Assembly: GCA_032718475.1 (NCBI GenBank)
Contig: JAUCBJ010007821.1
Location: forward strand, 62,001 to 126,000
DNA length: 64,000 nucleotides
DNA from: Nemertoderma westbladi
Lineage: Eukaryota > Animalia > Xenacoelomorpha
Direction: 5' to 3'
The number at the start of each line of letters is the position of its first letter. Position 1 is the first letter of the stretch. Below are positions 34,370 through 46,837 of this stretch, piece by piece. Position numbers and translations under genes: made by a program. The notes under the pieces are model-generated. The model was not told the DNA's origin, did no database searches, and saw only the letters and a list, made by a program, of their open reading frames with translations.

Positions 34370-36836
34370 TTAATGTGAGTGGGACTGCGGCATATTCTCC
34401 TTTCAGTAATGGTCGCTGTGAAAGGCACAATGCATTATTAAAGGTTACCATGTCCAAGATTGCTGACGATGAACGCAATATTTCACTATCATCATCAGTC
34501 ATTTTAGATTTTGCGTTATTTGCAAAGAACTCACTTATGGATTCAGGAGGTTTCTCTCCTTCACAGCGAGTATTTGGCCGCAATCCACAAATACCAAATA
34601 TCATAGATGCTGAATTACCAGCGCTAACTGAGTCGAATGATAAGCAAATACGTGATTTACTGAACTGTTTACATGAAACCAGACAGTCGTATATTGCTGG
34701 AGATTCTTCAGAAAGAATTAAAACAGCACTTCGTCGAGGAGTTCCATCACCTCCTCCTGTTGTCAAGAATGGTGATAGTGTGTATTATTGGCGTGATGTT
34801 GCTGGTATTGAGACTGGATGGAAAGGACCAGGAAATGTTTTGGGTAGAGAAGGATCAGTCGTTCTTGTGCAACATGGTTCCCGTGTTATTCGTGTTCATC
34901 CAATTCACATTAGATTAAACAAGACGAAACAGCAGAATAATGCTAAAGAATACGAATCAGATGATGAGGATGATTTGGAATTTCTTAAAGATGTAATCAG
35001 TGTACCAAGTGGACAAGTTTCCAATGAAATTAAAATCCCTATATCCTCCAATATTGGATTATTGCCATTAACAGATGATGTTGATTCGAATAATACAACC
35101 ATAAATGGCAATGGAAACTTGGATTTAATGTATAAAAATACAGTAAAATCATCTTCAATGGTTTCTGAACCAGATGTAGTTGCTGATGAGCCTTTGTACA
35201 ATAGAGCTACAATTCGCGCACTGAAACAACTTGATCAACCTTTAGAACAAACTACATTACCACCAAGGACTAAAAGGCCCCCTGAACGCTATCAGTGCAA
35301 CAATATTGAAGAAATGATAGTTGCTGAAAATGCTAACGGAGTTGTTGGTACTCCAAATGTTAAATGTCAAAATGAGGAAGGGTTTTATCACTCTAAACAA
35401 AAGGAGCTGCTCTCATGGAAAGAATATGATGTTGTTGAAATTGTTTCAATGGAAGAAGTTATAAATAAACCAATTCAAACCAGATGGGTTAATTCTTGGA
35501 AATCATTACCAAATGGCCAAGTTGTGGCAAAATCTCGGCTAGTTGCTAAGGGGTTTCAAGATGGTGAGAAAGAAAATATCATATCTGAATCGCCCACTAT
35601 TGACAGAGAAATTCTACAGTTGGTTCTGAGTTTACTTCCAACTATGGGTTATAAACCAACAACAATGGATGTAAAAACAGCCTTCCTTCAAGGTGAACAA
35701 ATAAAGCGAGATGTATTTCTACACCCACCCCCAGAAGTCAGTTTACCAGCTAACACCTGTTGGAAGCTAAAGAAGACAGTATATGGATTAGTCGATGCAT
35801 CTCGTAATTGGTATAATCATGTCGACCATGTAGTAAGAGAGGCAGGTATGTTTCGTAGCAAGGCAGATCCAGCATTGTATTTTATTCACAGAGGTGAAAA
35901 TCTCTAGGGTCTATTGCTTGTTCACGTTGATGACTTCTTGTATGCTGGATCAGATTGGTTCAAGATAAATATTATGTCAAAGATTCAAAGCAAATTTACC
36001 ATTGGAAAAATTACTGAGAATTGTTTTTCGTTTCTGGGTCTATGTATACAAACTGTTATAGATCAAGGTGATCGTTTTCTAATTGCTGTTTCCCAACAGG
36101 ACAAATTTACAAAGTTGTGTGATATTCAATGTTCGGCTAACAGGAATAAATCTGAGTTGCTAACAATAGAAGAAATATCATTGGTAAGATCTCTTCTAGG
36201 TAGTCTACAATGGGCTGCGGCATTAACTCGCCCAGATCTTTCATTCAGTGTTTCAGCTCTACAATCAGAATTGAAGGATCCTACGGTGGAGATAATTACC
36301 AAGGTCAATAAATTGTTGCGAAAAGCCAAGGCTTTTTCACCAAATTTTATTGACCACCGTCCAATGGATACAATGAAGCCAATTGTCTACACTGATAGCA
36401 GCCATGGTAATCTGCAAGATGGAGGTTCTCAAAGTGGCGCTGTCATAGTATTAGAAGATGAAAAAGGAAAAGTAATCAATGTTGTGAACTGGCGATCTCA
36501 TCGAATACGTCGTATTGCTAGATCAACATTTGCCGCCGAAACATTGGCATCAGCAGCTGCTATGGATCTTGCACTGTATATGGATTACATTCTCGATGAA
36601 TTTATGATAAAACGAAATAACTGGTCAATACGGTCTGACTGCAAGAGTCTCGTTGATGCTGTGCATAGTTTAACGAATGCTCCATTGGAAAAACGTCTCA
36701 AAATCGATCTCGCTTCACTTCGGGAGGCTATGAAATTATATTGATGGTTTTCGCGTATGTGCCGACAAAGATGCAATTGGCTGATGTACTAACCAAGGAG
36801 ACATCTGGTTATCAACTATTGAAACTCTTAGAATGA
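34370..36836 (+). mobile_element. Ty1/Copia pol remnant (integrase C-terminus, RT, RNase H), GalEa-like
   Basis: SPFSNGRCERHN, KSRLVAKGFQ, DVKTAFLQG, LKKTVYGLVDASRNW, HVDDFL, TRPDL, YTDSS, STFAAET, DCKSL, QLADVLTK; stop at 35905-35907 and a frameshift near 36740; INT-RT-RH order. Confidence 0.9.
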
Positions 36837-36917
36837 ATTATTGTATTTGACTTTATTCTTATTAATATTTAAAAACTTTAATACACTTGTCTAGTTAAAA
36901 ATAAAAAATCATATGAA

Positions 36918-37075
36918 TGTCATAACTCTATGAAAACTCTATTAGCTAGTTATGTCTACCAGCTGATAACCTTAACAGCTGTTATAGTAAGCACTATTTA
37001 TGTACGTACTTTCTATGTTATCTTGTCTTTAGTTGATTGTGTAAAAGGTTAATTGATTGTAGTTTATACCGATAT
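36918..37075 (+). repeat. Probable truncated 3' LTR of the Copia element
   Basis: TGT start ~80 bp after the pol stop, following an A-rich tract; no matching second LTR seen. Confidence 0.4.
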
Positions 37076-37077
37076 TA

Positions 37078-38070
37078 AAGAGATCCGGAAGATATTCTGG
37101 GTAATCCAACTCAGAAAGATGGTGAAGGCAGTAGTGGGGCAATGCCAGACCTGCCGACAGACGAAGACGGAGAGGGCCATACAGGAGATGGCGCCATTGC
37201 CGACCAACAGGGTGAGGCATCACTACCCACCGTTCACACACTGTGGCGTGGACATGTTTGGGCCGATTAAAATAAAGGTGATGCGGCATACGGAGAAACG
37301 CTACGGCATTATCTTCGTCTGCAATAATACGAGGGCAGTGGGGATAGAACTAGCTCAGGATGCACGGCGTCGGCATTTATTAATGCACTGGAGATGTTCG
37401 TGATCCGCAGGGGAGGAGCAGTGGAGGTATTATACTCAGACAACGGGACTAACTTCGTGGGCACGGAAAACGAGTTAGCGGAGGCCCTTAACATTCTGGA
37501 GGGTGAAGATGTCAAGGCGGCGATGAGGAAACACCTAATCAGGTGGGAGAGGAGAACTCCATACGCTCCACATATGCTAGTATGTGTAGAACGACTTGTG
37601 GGAAGCTCCAAACGACTAATGACAAAGCTGATGAACAATCATATGGTCACTGAGGACTTACTGAGGACAGTGCTGGCGAAATGCGAGGGAATTATCAACA
37701 GCCGCCCGCTGTATCCCGAAAACGATGATCCAGAATCACTGGACGTCCTAACACCAGCACACCTGCTGATGGAGAGACCAGCGACGATTGACATGCAAAA
37801 CGTGGATCCAGACGATATACATTCGCGTCAAAGCTGGAGGGTCGCTAAGGTGATAAGTGCAGACTATTGGACAAGGTGGATGCAAGAGTACCTTCCAACA
37901 CTGCACAAGAGAAGTAAATGGAGGAATAACCAGAGGGAGCTAAGGAAAGGTGACTTGATAATCGTTACAGATGATACAATTATCAACAATCACTGGAGGT
38001 TGGCTAGGGTGGTGGAAACCTCCCCCGGCGAAGAGTTAGATCCGTGGAAGTGATGATCGGAGGGAAGATG
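37078..38070 (+). mobile_element. BEL/Pao integrase remnant
   Basis: FWVI..CQTCR, MAPLP..R, PFTHCGVDMFGP, YSDNGTNFVG, ERLV, INSRPL, LTPAHLL, W..EYL..L..R.KW. Confidence 0.9.
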
Positions 38071-38071
38071 G

Positions 38072-39740
38072 CCACTGAAAAGGACAGGAAGCGAAAACGC
38101 CCACAGATATCCAGGCAATGTAAATGAGGCAATCAAAAAGCGTTTCTACGTGGACGATGGACTCACAGGCGAATCTACCGTAAAGAAAGCGGTACTATTG
38201 GCGTATAATCTAATAGACTGTCTAAGGAGAGGAGGATTCAATGCAACCAAATTCCTATCGAACTCGCGACAATTTCTCAACAATATACCAGCAGACAAAG
38301 TTGCGAAAGGAATTCTAGATCTGGATTTGGACGAAATGCCGTTGACAAGGGCATTAGGAGTAAAATGGTGGCCTGAAGAAGACGCGTTCACCATTGCAGT
38401 TAAACTTCGGATGGTGATAAACCAAGAACAGACAATGAAGCGGACAATTCTCTCCATCATTATGTCCATATACGATCCACTAGGACTCGTTGCTCCCATC
38501 GCGTTACAAGGAAAGATCATGTTCCAGAAATGTTGGATAGACAAACTGGATTGTGATAAACAACTACCACCAGCATTACTAACCGACTGGATAAAGTGGA
38601 TTTCCCAACTAGAAATCCTTACAGAATTGCGGATACCCCGTCTGTATTTCCCGATAATTCCAGATACTCCAATATACGAGTTACATCAATTCTGCAATGC
38701 CAGCGAAACTGGTTACGGCACCGTTTTGTACCTTCGTTGTGTGGGTGGGGAGAGTGAGCCTATTCAAACTAGGCTCGTATATTGTAGAACAAGACCATCA
38801 CCCATATCTACACAAACGGTACCCAGGATGGAGTTATCAGCGGCAGTACTCGCAGTCAAAGCGCACGCCGAGGTGATCAGTGTATTGGAACTCAAAATTG
38901 AACGAAACTATTTCGATTCGGACTCAGAGGTGGTGCTATGTCAACTATCAAACGAGTCAAGATGCTTCATAACCTTTGTAGCGAACCGGATAGAGGAAGT
39001 GGGAAGGTTCACCGAGATAAGACAATGAAGATATGTTCCCACAGAAATGAATCCAACAGACTGTGCAAGCCGCGGATTATTCGCGGAAGAGTTTATAACA
39101 AGGATCCACAACTTTTGGTTCTACGGACCAGAATTCCTCAGACTCCCAGACAAAGAGTGGCCTTCAGAAATTGTCAACGGCACTCATAAAGGAAAGAAAC
39201 CAGAGGAGGTGGACGATAAAAAACCTGACAAAGAGAAGCAAGTCACGGCGGCATATGCGACAACAGCAACAGATGATGAATATCCCATAGATAAAATCCT
39301 GGCTGGAAATCCTGGCTTTCACCACCATTATGAAACATCTACAAGCTAAACACTTTGCGTCGACTATAATTGATTTGGAAAAGAACATTCAGATGGTTAA
39401 GAATAATCCGCTACGGAAGCTATGTCTGTTTCTTGACCCCCTTGGAGTCATAAGATGCAATACATGTTTCCTATATACGGAACTGGATTACAATGAGAAG
39501 TTTCCCATACTGTTACCAAATGAGTCGCCGATTACAACAGCTGTAGTCAGAGGGGCACATCAGGATATCACCCACCAGGGATTTGACTACACCATGTATA
39601 AGGTGCGAAGACGTTTCTAGAATTTCAAGTTAAGATCTAAAGTGAAACAAGTGATACGCACCTGCGTTAAATGCCAAAGGAAATGGGGTAAAGCGGGCTC
39701 ACAATTAATGGCCCCGCTACCATGGAACAGGAACATGGAA
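38072..39740 (+). mobile_element. BEL/Pao RT/RNase H/integrase Zn-finger remnant; duplicate of 61848-63514
   Basis: FYVDD, IYDPLG, HQFCNAS, VPRMELSAA, NPTDCASRG, H..H..CVKC; near-identical to the 62-63.5 kb copy. Confidence 0.92.
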
Positions 39741-42395
39741 CCTCCCACCGAGACCAGCCCCATCCCCAAAACCAATGTCCCTCCCACCGAGACCAGCCCC
39801 ATCCCCAAAACCAATGTCCCTCCCACCGAGACAAGCCCCATCCCCAAAACCACCAATGTCCCTCCCACCGAGACCAGCCCCATCCCCAAAACCAATGACC
39901 CTCCCACCGAGACCAGCCCCATCCCCAAAACCACCAATGTCCCTCCCACTGAGACCAGCCCCATCCCCAAAACCAATGTCCCTCCCACCGAGACCAGCCC
40001 CATCCCCAAAACCACCAATGTCCATCCCATCGAGACCAGCCCCATCCCCAAAACCAATGTCCCACCCACCGAGACCAGCCCCATCCCCAAAACCAATGTC
40101 CCACACACCGAGACCAGCCCCATTCCCAAAACCAATAACCCTCCTACCGAGACAAGCCCCATCCCCAAAACCAATATCCCTCCCACCGAGACCAGCCCCA
40201 TCCCCAAAACCAATGTCCCTCCCACCGAGACAAGCCCCATCCCTAAAACCAATGACCATCCCACCGAGACCAGCCCCATCCCCAAAACCACCAATGTCCA
40301 TCCCACCGAGACCAGCCCCATCCCCAAAACCAATGTCCCACCCACCGAGACCAGCCCCATCCCCAAAACCAATGTCCCACACACCGAGACCAGCCCCATT
40401 CCCACAACCAATGATCCTCCTACCGAGACAAGCCCCATCCCCAAAACCAATATCCCTCCCACCGAGACCAGCCCCATCCCCAAAACCAATGTCCCTCCCA
40501 CCGAGACCAGCCCCATCCCCAAAACCAATGTCCCTCCCACCGAGACCATCCCCATTCCCAAAACCAATGACTCTCCCACCGAGACAAGCCCCATTCCCAA
40601 AACCAATGACCCTCCCACCGAGACAAGCCCCATCCCCAAAACCAATGACCATCCCACCGAGACCAGCCCAACCCCAAAACCAATCTCCCTCCCACCGAGA
40701 CAAGCCCCATCCCCAAAACCAATGTCCCTCCCACCGAGACCAGCCCCATCCCCAAAACCACCAATGTCCATCCCATCGAGACCAGGCCCATCCCCAAAAC
40801 CAATGTCCCTCCCACCGAGACCAGCCCCATCCCCAAAACAACCAATGTCCATCCCACCGAGACCAGCCCCATCCCCAAAACCAATGTCCCACCCACCGAG
40901 ACCAGCCCCATCCCCAAAACCAATGTCCCTCCCACCGAGACAAGCCCCATCCCCAAAACCAATGACCATCCCACCGAGACCAGCCCCAACCCCAAAACCA
41001 ATCTCCCTCCCACCGAGACAAGCCCCATCCCCAAAACCAATGTCCCTCCCACCGAGACCAGCCCCATCCCCAAAACCAATATCCCTCCCACCGAGACCAG
41101 CCCCATCCCCAAAACCACCAATGTCCATCCCATCGAGACCAGGCCCATCCCCAAAACCAATGTCCCTCCCACCGAGACCAGCCCCATCCCCAAAACAACC
41201 AATGTCCATCCCACCGAGACCAGCCCCATCCCCAAAACCAATGTCCCACCCACCGAGACCAGCCCCATCCCCAAAACCAATGTCCCTCCCACCGAGACAA
41301 GCCCCATCCCCAAAACCAATGACCATCCCACCGAGACCAGCCCCAACCCCAAAACCAATCTCCCTCCCACCGAGACAAGCCCCATCCCCAAAACCAATGT
41401 CCCTCCCACCGAGACCAGCCCCATCCCCAAAACCAATATCCCTCCCACCGAGACCAGCCCCATCCCCAAAACCACCAATGTCCATCCCATCGAGACCAGC
41501 CCCATCCCCAAAACCAATGTCCCTCCCACCGAGACAAGCCCCATCCCCAAAACCAATGACCATCCCACCGAGACCAGCCCCAACCCCAAAACCAATCTCC
41601 CTCCCACCGAGACAAGCCCCATCACCAAAACCAATGTCCCTCCCACCGAGACCAGCCCCATCCCCAAAACCAATATCCCTCCCACCGAGACCAGCCCCAT
41701 CCCCAAAACAACCAATGTCCATCCCACCGAGACCAGCCCCATCCCCAAAACCAATGTCCCACCCACCGAGACCAGCCCCATCCCCAAAACCAATGTCCCT
41801 CCCACCGAGACAAGCCCCATCCCCAAAACCAATGACCATCCCACCGAGACCAGCCCCAACCCCAAAACCAATCTCCCTCCCACCGAGACAAGCCCCATCC
41901 CCAAAACCAATGTCCCTCCCACCGAGACCAGCCCCATCCCCAAAACCACCAATGTCCATCCCAACGAGACCAGGCCCATCCCCAAAACCAAAGTCCCACC
42001 CACCGAGACCAGCCCCATCCCCAAAACCAATGTCCCTCCCACCGAGACCAGCCCCATCCCCAAAACCAATGTCCCTCCCACCGAGACCAGCCCTATCCCC
42101 AAAACCAATGACCCTCCCACCGAGACCAGCCCCATCCCCAAAACCAATGTCCCACCCACCGAGACCAGCCCCATCCCCAAAACCAATCAAACTCCCACCG
42201 AGACAAGCCCCATCACCAAAACCAATGTCCCTCCCACCGAGACCAGCCCTATCCCCAAAACCAATGACCCTCCCACCGAGACCAGCCCCATCCCCAAAAC
42301 CAATGACCCTCCCACCGAGACCAGCCCCATCCCCAAAACCAATGTCCCTCCCACCGAGACAAGCCCCATCATCAAAACCAATGTCCCTCCCACCG
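39741..42395 (+). repeat. 39-bp satellite (family C), ~67 units with 42-bp variants and higher-order blocks
   Basis: Unit CCTCCCACCGAGACCAGCCCCATCCCCAAAACCAATGTC; variants carry an extra ACC or ACA. Confidence 0.97.
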
Positions 42396-42879
42396 TAACT
42401 GCACCCTTTCCTTCTCCAGTTTTCTGGCTTGTTCTCTTGCGAATGCCTCCAGATGCGGAATGAAAACTTCCGACCAGCTGTTTGCCGTCAGCTGATCGCT
42501 AATTGCATGTAACTTAAGTCAACACATGTTTTACTTAATTCCAATTAAAAATCACAATTTATACCAATTCAAGGGTTGTATGTTATTATGTATATTAATC
42601 TTTTGTCGATAAGCCGACATAGCATTCTTAATGACACTGCAATGCAACATGCCGATTTTACCGACACTGGTAATGCAAGTAAATCTTATTTAAGAACCAA
42701 TCAGTGGTAACCTTGGTAAAGAACTCAGTGCTAAGAATTAGGAAATACACATTACGTATTGCCTGTCAGTGAAGAAGCAGTAGGGTTTTTGGAAATTATG
42801 CAGCTGGGCTGTGAGAAATATTTCGGGAGTTTTAGTCTCGAGTTTTAGTATAGGCCAAGGTGTACTAAATAACCCGTCG

Positions 42880-43060
42880 GCCACCTATCCAACGCCGAGG
42901 AGTACTTGTAGAACATCTGGGAGACGGTGCCCCCAGTAGTGACGCCCCCTACCAGGTAGATCTGTCCTCGGTACACGGTTCCAGAGGCCTCCGCTAGAGG
43001 GATGGGTAGGTTCCGTATAGGAGTCCAGACGTCCTCCGACGGGTTATTAGTACACCTTGT
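42880..43060 (-). pseudogene. Kelch-repeat coding fragment
   Basis: NPSEDVWTPIRNLPIPLAEASGTVYRGQIYLVGG...FYKYSSALDRW matches the kelch GG/Y/W signature; isolated and GC-rich. Confidence 0.65.
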
Positions 43061-44588
43061 TATAGGCCTACAAAGTGCCGGGAAGTATGATATGGTGACC
43101 CTGAAAAGTGGGAGGGAGGGGCGTAACCTAGATTCCAATATTCTAGACATTAACATAAATGTACATTTTCTGATTTCTCAGTAAATACGCTTATAATCAC
43201 TCATGGCATTTCATCTAACATTGAATACATTTCAAGCGTACTCGACACACGCGACTTCGTTGGTATTCAAGAGCACTGGCTCGATACATTAGAATCCCGC
43301 TCCCGTCTACCAAATCACAACCAAATCCAAAATACCAAATCCCAACTTCCACTGTGTGTATAGCATAAGCGACAAGATAATGGAATGGTTGGAATTCACG
43401 GTGGGCGGAGTAATGGATCAAGGTACCTAATTATTTCCAGTTACGCACCCGACAGCAACAAGAGCGTGGAACATGGGATCTCTAGGTACCGAGTTCAATT
43501 CCCCATTCCGATGAATGTTTTTGTTGTTGTAAGATTGGTAGTAAGCCATTCAAGGAGACAGTTCATACGTTAGTAAACGCGGACCTTTGCGCGATTTCGC
43601 GCTTGTTTCTAGCTATTTTTTCAGGCTACTCTCATAATAGAAAATATAATAATGTCTTAGAACTATCTAGAACTTAAATAAAATATGTAAATAAATATAT
43701 AATATATATGGCGTTCTAGAACACGGCATTGTTGCCATAGTAACAATGATTAAAGGTATATTCTAGAACATTTTAATTCAAATATCAATTTTGTGGGAAA
43801 ATGTTCTAGAACAAGTAAGGAAATAAAAAATTGATGTTATAGAACGAATAGTTAAAAATCATTTATCAATATCGTTTATTGTCAGTTATTATTATGTTAT
43901 GATAGCAGAATTTATTGGGGATTTGAACTGAAAACCGCTTAGAGAGATGCAAAAAGTGTGTGAGAAATATAAGATAATGTGATAAATGTGATGTATGATG
44001 TGATAAAATGTGATAAATATGAAAATGAACATGCTGGTTCTAAAAAATGTGGTATCGGAAATAAAAATGGAATATAACGAAGGAGTAGTATCCTTCACCC
44101 GCAGGAATTTCTACAAATCTCACGCAGGCTGCTAGGGGGTGCCAATTTTCTATGTATTTTTGATGATTCTCTTTTTGATGGTATATCGTTTTTTCAACGG
44201 TACGCAGCAAACTTTGCACGCGAGAATGCTTCGCCCGCATCCAATGTTTGCCCGAAGCAATCTTCGCCCTCAAAATGAGCAACTATCGCCTGGCGGAAAC
44301 CTTCACCCGCAGGAATCTTCGCCCAATAAACAATTATTGTTTTGGATAGAAAAAGCCGTCTCTGTAACCTGCTCCTTTCCCTCAATTAGTAACACCATCG
44401 TTTATTGTTTTGGTTAGAAAAGGCCGTCTCCTTCCCTCAATTTGTTACTAAAATAGCTACTAACACAAATTGGGCGAAGGTTGCTCGCGGGCGAAGATTG
44501 CCTGGCGGGCGAAGGATGTACGCGGGCGAAGATAGCGCCCAAACTTTTTCAACCACATTGGAGACATGTACAAAATAATTAGGAAGTG

Positions 44589-45380
44589 GTTACTGACCGG
44601 ACCCATTGACCGGAGCCTCTAAATACCGTATTGAAGCTTTATATTTGATTTATATTTTAGTTGTTTATTATTGACCAGACCATTATTACCACAATTACGT
44701 AATCTGCATAATCTTGTAACATGTATTAACTTTAGTTTATTCTTTTGCTTCCCCCAACGCAGAACACGCCTCTGTAACGTGCTCCTTTAAATGGCAATGG
44801 GTGGTCCGGTCAATCATGCAATTGGTCCGGTGTAACAGGCTGAGATTACTCCCCAGCAAATATCACTCCCCAGTCTTCTCAGACTAGGCTGAGAACACTC
44901 CCCAGTTTTCTCCTTAGATTTTATAATTAACGGAAAGGAGCAGGTTACAGTGGCGGGCTTTTCTAACCAAAACAATAAACGAAAACTCAATAACATAGGT
45001 TACAGTTTATTTTTGCAATATTCGAAAATAACACAGGTATGGATGGATATGAATTATAACTCAATTAGGGGAGTCATATCAGCCTAATAACTGGGGAGTG
45101 TTCTCAGCCTAGGCTGAAATAACTGGGGAGTGTTCTCAGCCTAGGCTGAAATAACTGGGGAGTGTTCTCAGCCTAGGCTGGACTGGGGAGTGTTCTCAGC
45201 CTAGGCTGAGATAACTGGGGAGTGTTCTCAGCCTAGGCTGAACTAACTGGGGAGTGTTCTCAGCCTAGGCTGAGATAACTGTGGAGTGTTCTAAGCCTAG
45301 GGTGAGACAACTGAGGAGTGTTCTGACTGGGGAGTCATTTCAAGAGGGAGTTATCTCAGCCTTGTACACCGGTCAGTAGC
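44589..45380. mobile_element. MITE with a Ginger-like insertion in its right TIR
   Basis: GTTACTGACCGGACC ... GGTCCGG[insert]TCAGTAGC. Confidence 0.6.
44831..45368. mobile_element. Non-autonomous Ginger-like DNA transposon
   Basis: TGT...ACA termini; TIR TGTAACAGGCTGAGATTACTCCC; 4-bp TSD CCGG (44827-44830, 45369-45372); internal 31-bp repeats ACTGGGGAGTGTTCTCAGCCTAGGCTGAAATA. Confidence 0.75.
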
Positions 45381-45737
45381 ATAGACGGAATTACAAAAAC
45401 GGAATACAGATTAAATGTCCATTTGATATCCTAATCTAATATGGCACTGCCAATAAGATACGGGCCTACTAAAAATAAATGTATTATTAAATATTTAACC
45501 GAAAAGTAATATATAATATGCAATAATTTTACCAACTGAAGCTATTTTAAACATTATTGCACCAAATGTAAAATATATTCTAAATAAAATAAAGTACCTG
45601 GTACCCAGTAAAATATTTATATTACAATCCCATATCACAGTGCCGAAGTATGTTGTATAGTTTAGGCCAGGTTGATCTGGCCAATATTAGCAGCACGTTC
45701 CGGTCGAATGCCGCAAACCAATTTCCATTTGCATTTC

Positions 45738-45965
45738 CTAGTGTTGCAACAGTTCAAACTGGGACGGTTTTGGGTATAGAGTCTCCAAGAGTTCCCTCAC
45801 GATTCCCTTAACAATGTGGGCATTGGGTTTGTTTTGATCGACGCCATCATTAATACAAATAAACTTCTTAGTGTGGCGACGGTATTCATCCATCTGTTTT
45901 TTTGTTTCGGAAACGCTGTTTGTTAAATACACATATTGCTCGTGGTAGGTTGACATGGCTTCAAG
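45738..45965 (-). CDS. GNPTAB: GNPTAB-like Stealth protein, 3' exon (CR4)
   Basis: KKFICINDGVD...RELLETLYPKPSQFEL corresponds to Stealth CR4 (human KFVCLNDNID..FPIPSQFEL); the 5' boundary is inferred. Confidence 0.75.
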   Translation of the reverse strand, partial: LEAMSTYHEQYVYLTNSVSETKKQMDEYRRHTKKFICINDGVDQNKPNAHIVKGIVRELLETLYPKPSQFELLQH

Positions 45966-46837
45966 CTTCCAGAAAATTTGAAACCTTCCGGAAACCACAA
46001 TTTTTCATCGAAAATCTCGAATTTTGAATTAATTGATTCCAGTGTCCCAACCCCCTAGATTAAGTGTGAAAGTGAGCAATATTTGGGGATGGTTGAGTAG
46101 GGCGGCAGCACTTAAGCTGATTTTAATTCTTAAGTTATTAATTTATACCAATTTGAGTGTTATTCTAATTAGATACATAGGCTTTCTGGCTTAAAATAAA
46201 AGAATCCAAATAATAATTTGACTGCAAGTTCTCAAGTTCGATGTTAATTCTGTAATTGTACCAAGTTTTTTATTTACAGTTAGTTAGTATGGATGGAATT
46301 CACGAATAATTTAACAACTGATCACAGGCTGTTTAGTTAGTAGGACAGTAGTATGGCTTCAGTCAATCTGATAGTAGCACTAGCGCATAAAAGTCTGATA
46401 GTTTCTACCGGATACAAACTGAAAGTAAATGATCTAACAGAAAATAATATAACCTGGTAGTCGTAGTAGTGTAGTACCGGTAAGTTTTTTGTGGAACTAA
46501 ATGATATTCCGAAGCAATTTTATTCAGCAAAATTATAAAAACAAGATACAGAAAATCAGTTTTTGTGTGGAAATAAATTCTATTCAGAAGCATTTTTAAT
46601 AGACTGGGCCATATATTGACATGAAATTCAGAAATATGGAGTATATTGTTTGACTTTATAAATTCTTATAAATTCGATCTACTTTTGATGGTTTAAATTG
46701 TACTGTACGTACAGTACTAAATTCTCTTTCCCTTTAATCTCAGGTTTTTAGGGAGTGAAAAATCTCAAAAATCTTCGAAATTTATCAGAATCTTACGGAA
46801 ACCTAGTTTCCGGGTTTCCAAATTTTGTGGAGACCTG
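45962..46837. mobile_element. 876-bp hAT-type MITE inserted in the GNPTAB-like coding sequence
   Basis: Imperfect TIRs CAAGCTTCCAGAAAATTTGAAACC / CAGGTCTCCACAAAATTTGGAAACC; 8-bp TSD CATGGCTT (45954-45961) and CATGGTTT (46838-46845). Confidence 0.8.

Noticed and set aside
39617-42393. Long Gly/Trp-rich minus-strand ORFs (857, 632 and 588 aa), and similar ORFs at 6-635 and 63391-63942
   Set aside because: By-products of a 39-bp stop-poor satellite that is open in several frames at once
46793-46834. C-terminus [13 protein letters not shown] of the 453-aa ORF as native protein end
   Set aside because: It is translated transposon TIR; the conserved CR4 lies beyond the insertion
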